Positions 62,767-64,000 of a stretch of 64,000 bases of DNA are shown here, one piece after another (positions within the stretch are counted from its first letter, which is position 1; the number at the start of each line of letters is the position of its first letter). Position numbers and translations under genes: made by a program. Source of the DNA: Parcubacteria group bacterium (GTDB lineage: Bacteria; Patescibacteriota; Minisyncoccia; Moranbacterales; GCA-2747515); NCBI GenBank assembly GCA_041660065.1, contig JBAZXC010000005.1, positions 292 through 64,291 on the forward strand, given 5' to 3'. The notes beneath the pieces are model-generated. The model was not told where the DNA came from, searched no databases, and was given only the letters and a program-made list of their open reading frames with translations.

Positions 62767-62790
62767 GAATTTTTAAATTTATTTTTTTTA

Positions 62791-62830
62791 GTCTACTTTT
62801 CTAAAAGTCTATTCGTCTACCCATCTAGCT
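62791..62830. repeat. array of five 8-bp-phased GTCTA/TTCTA pentamers (right member, locus 2), overlapping the cca stop codon
   Basis: Five consecutive 8-bp units: gtctactt, ttctaaaa, gtctattc, gtctaccc, atctagct. Separated from the left array by a 24-bp A/T spacer. Confidence 0.6.
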
Positions 62831-64000
62831 GACCCAATGTTTTTTCTTGATGTCTTGATCTTCTTCACATCTTTTTTCCTCGATCTTATCCTTTGCAAGA
62901 TTTACCAGTGTAGCAAGGTTTTCATCTTTTAACAAGAGTGCGCGCGCAGAAAGTTGCTCCAGTGTGTTCTTTGCAGGGTTATCGATCACTTCAGCGAGAA
63001 GTACGTTCAGAATTGCACCAATCTGGGGTCCGGGAGTGAATTTGAGGTCTTTGATCATGATATCACCGTTGAGCTTGAGCATTTTGACGCTGACGGGGTC
63101 ATGGGATACTTTGTCGATCATGTATTCAAAATGGCGCAATTTATAGGGTTTTGCCTTTTTTGTGCCCGAACCGAGTCTGTCTCCGATGCGTACGTCCATG
63201 AGATCTTTCATATTTTCCAATCCGACTTTGGTGATGATACGGCGTACTGCTGTTTCCGTCACTTCGTCCACACTGTAGTAGAACATGTGGTTGCGCACCA
63301 GCAGAACTGTTTTATCGATTACTTTTTTAGGGAATTTCAAACGATGAAGAATTGTTTTGGTCATGCGAGCACTGATGTATTCATGGTTATAGAAAGTGCA
63401 ATCGCGTCCGGTACCTTGTTTGGCTTCCGGCTTGCCGATGTCGTGAAAAAGAGTTGCGAGACGCACCTCCAATTTTTTGCTCGGGCATGTTTGCACTGCT
63501 TGGAGACTGTGCTCCCATACAGTCAGTGTATGGTGGTGATTTTGCTCGACGTCGACCCCATGTATGAGTTCGGGGAGAAAATGCGTGAGGAGGCCAGTGT
63601 CATAGAGCATTTGTATGCCGTGTGCCACATGATCGCTCATGACGATCTTGGTGAATTCATCTCGGATGCGTTCCATAGAAACGTGCATAAGCAAAGCATC
63701 TTTTTCTTTGATTGCGTTGAAAGTGTTTTCTTCAATAGTGAAATTCAACCGTGCGGCAAATCGTACGGCACGGATCATGCGCAGGGCATCCTCTTCAAAG
63801 CGTTCTTGCGGATCGCCGACACAGCGGATGATGTGATCACGCGTGTCTTTTTGCCCGTCAAATGGGTCGATGAGGTTGTTGTTGATATCAAGTGCGAGTG
63901 CATTCATCGTAAAGTCTCTACGAGAAAGATCTTCCATGAGCGTCTTGGCAAATTGCACATCATCCGGTCGTCTGCGATCGGAATATGTGGATTCAATGCG
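62825..64000 (-). CDS. cca: CCA-adding enzyme / poly(A) polymerase family tRNA nucleotidyltransferase with C-terminal HD domain (5'-truncated by the window edge)
   Basis: 'DDVQFAKTLMEDLSRRDFTMNALA' head-domain motif and an HD domain ('LFHDIGK'). The reading frame stays open to coordinate 64000, so the N-terminus lies outside the window. Confidence 0.8.
   Translation of the reverse strand, partial: RIESTYSDRRRPDDVQFAKTLMEDLSRRDFTMNALALDINNNLIDPFDGQKDTRDHIIRCVGDPQERFEEDALRMIRAVRFAARLNFTIEENTFNAIKEKDALLMHVSMERIRDEFTKIVMSDHVAHGIQMLYDTGLLTHFLPELIHGVDVEQNHHHTLTVWEHSLQAVQTCPSKKLEVRLATLFHDIGKPEAKQGTGRDCTFYNHEYISARMTKTILHRLKFPKKVIDKTVLLVRNHMFYYSVDEVTETAVRRIITKVGLENMKDLMDVRIGDRLGSGTKKAKPYKLRHFEYMIDKVSHDPVSVKMLKLNGDIMIKDLKFTPGPQIGAILNVLLAEVIDNPAKNTLEQLSARALLLKDENLATLVNLAKDKIEEKRCEEDQDIKKKHWVS

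Noticed and set aside
1-64000. Alternative genetic code (UGA recoded, as in some candidate-phylum bacteria)
   Set aside because: Standard-code translation yields full-length DnaA, DnaN, PolA (898 aa), RecQ, PBP1A, MetRS and RuvB with TGA used as a terminator. There is no sign of in-frame TGA inside conserved genes.

Overview
This 64-kb window spans the chromosomal replication origin of a gene-dense, roughly 40% GC bacterium that uses the standard genetic code. TGA acts as a stop codon, because long housekeeping genes such as polA, dnaA and recQ are intact. The origin neighbourhood reads rpmH-rnpA-yidC-jag on the minus strand, then a cluster of perfect DnaA boxes, then dnaA-dnaN and a DciA-like gene on the plus strand. 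Lamin-tail-domain surface proteins and many small hypothetical proteins fit a CPR/Patescibacteria-like or otherwise reduced genome, but the phylum cannot be proven from sequence alone.

Main gene content:
- A surface-glycan cluster (two O-antigen-ligase-like proteins, two GT2 glycosyltransferases, a Wzx flippase) lies directly downstream of the rpmH-rnpA-yidC-jag operon on the same strand.
- DNA replication and repair genes are dnaA, dnaN, polA, holA, recQ, a DNA alkylation repair gene, and ruvC-yebC, ruvB and ruvA at three separate loci.
- Other housekeeping genes are PBP1A, metG, rpsT, rsmI, tsaE, tatD, a cyclophilin-type peptidyl-prolyl isomerase, manA, a partial cca gene and a tRNA-Leu(UAG).
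- The remainder includes a NUDIX hydrolase, HAD and HD hydrolases, a GGDEF protein, two TrmB-family regulators, a 1006-aa tandem-duplicated PilB/GspE ATPase and several hypothetical proteins.

Most interesting candidate system: a tightly packed six-gene minus-strand operon at 13602..20303. It encodes a 7-TM membrane protein, a RimK-like ATP-grasp ligase fused to a retropepsin-like domain (D-T-G-A signature), a second ATP-grasp ligase, a GT4 glycosyltransferase, a third ATP-grasp ligase and a DUF1704/MATCAP-like protein with an HExxxH motif. I predict a peptide or amino-acid ligation and trimming system acting on a membrane or surface substrate. As far as I know this gene combination has not been studied experimentally.

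Other notable signals:
- Two loci carry paired, inverted arrays of five 8-bp-phased TAGAC/GTCTA pentamers. One array ends 1-5 nt before the start codon of ruvA, and the other ends before a 98-aa gene. Both genes lack a Shine-Dalgarno sequence.
- A roughly 110-bp repeat with a 26-bp internal inverted repeat is present in two copies of opposite orientation, at about 45.1 kb and 59.1 kb.
- A conserved terminator-hairpin family (GGAGCAGGTT...AACCTGCTCC) occurs five times.
- A cassette at 34140..35235 is flanked by two near-identical terminators.
- A candidate ncRNA of about 275 nt at 26183..26456 has a consensus promoter and an intrinsic terminator.
- A 28-bp perfect inverted repeat at 41878..41972.
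- A frameshifted 4-LTD surface-protein gene at 21623..24146.
- A remnant of a DNPH1-like gene at 58982..59143.
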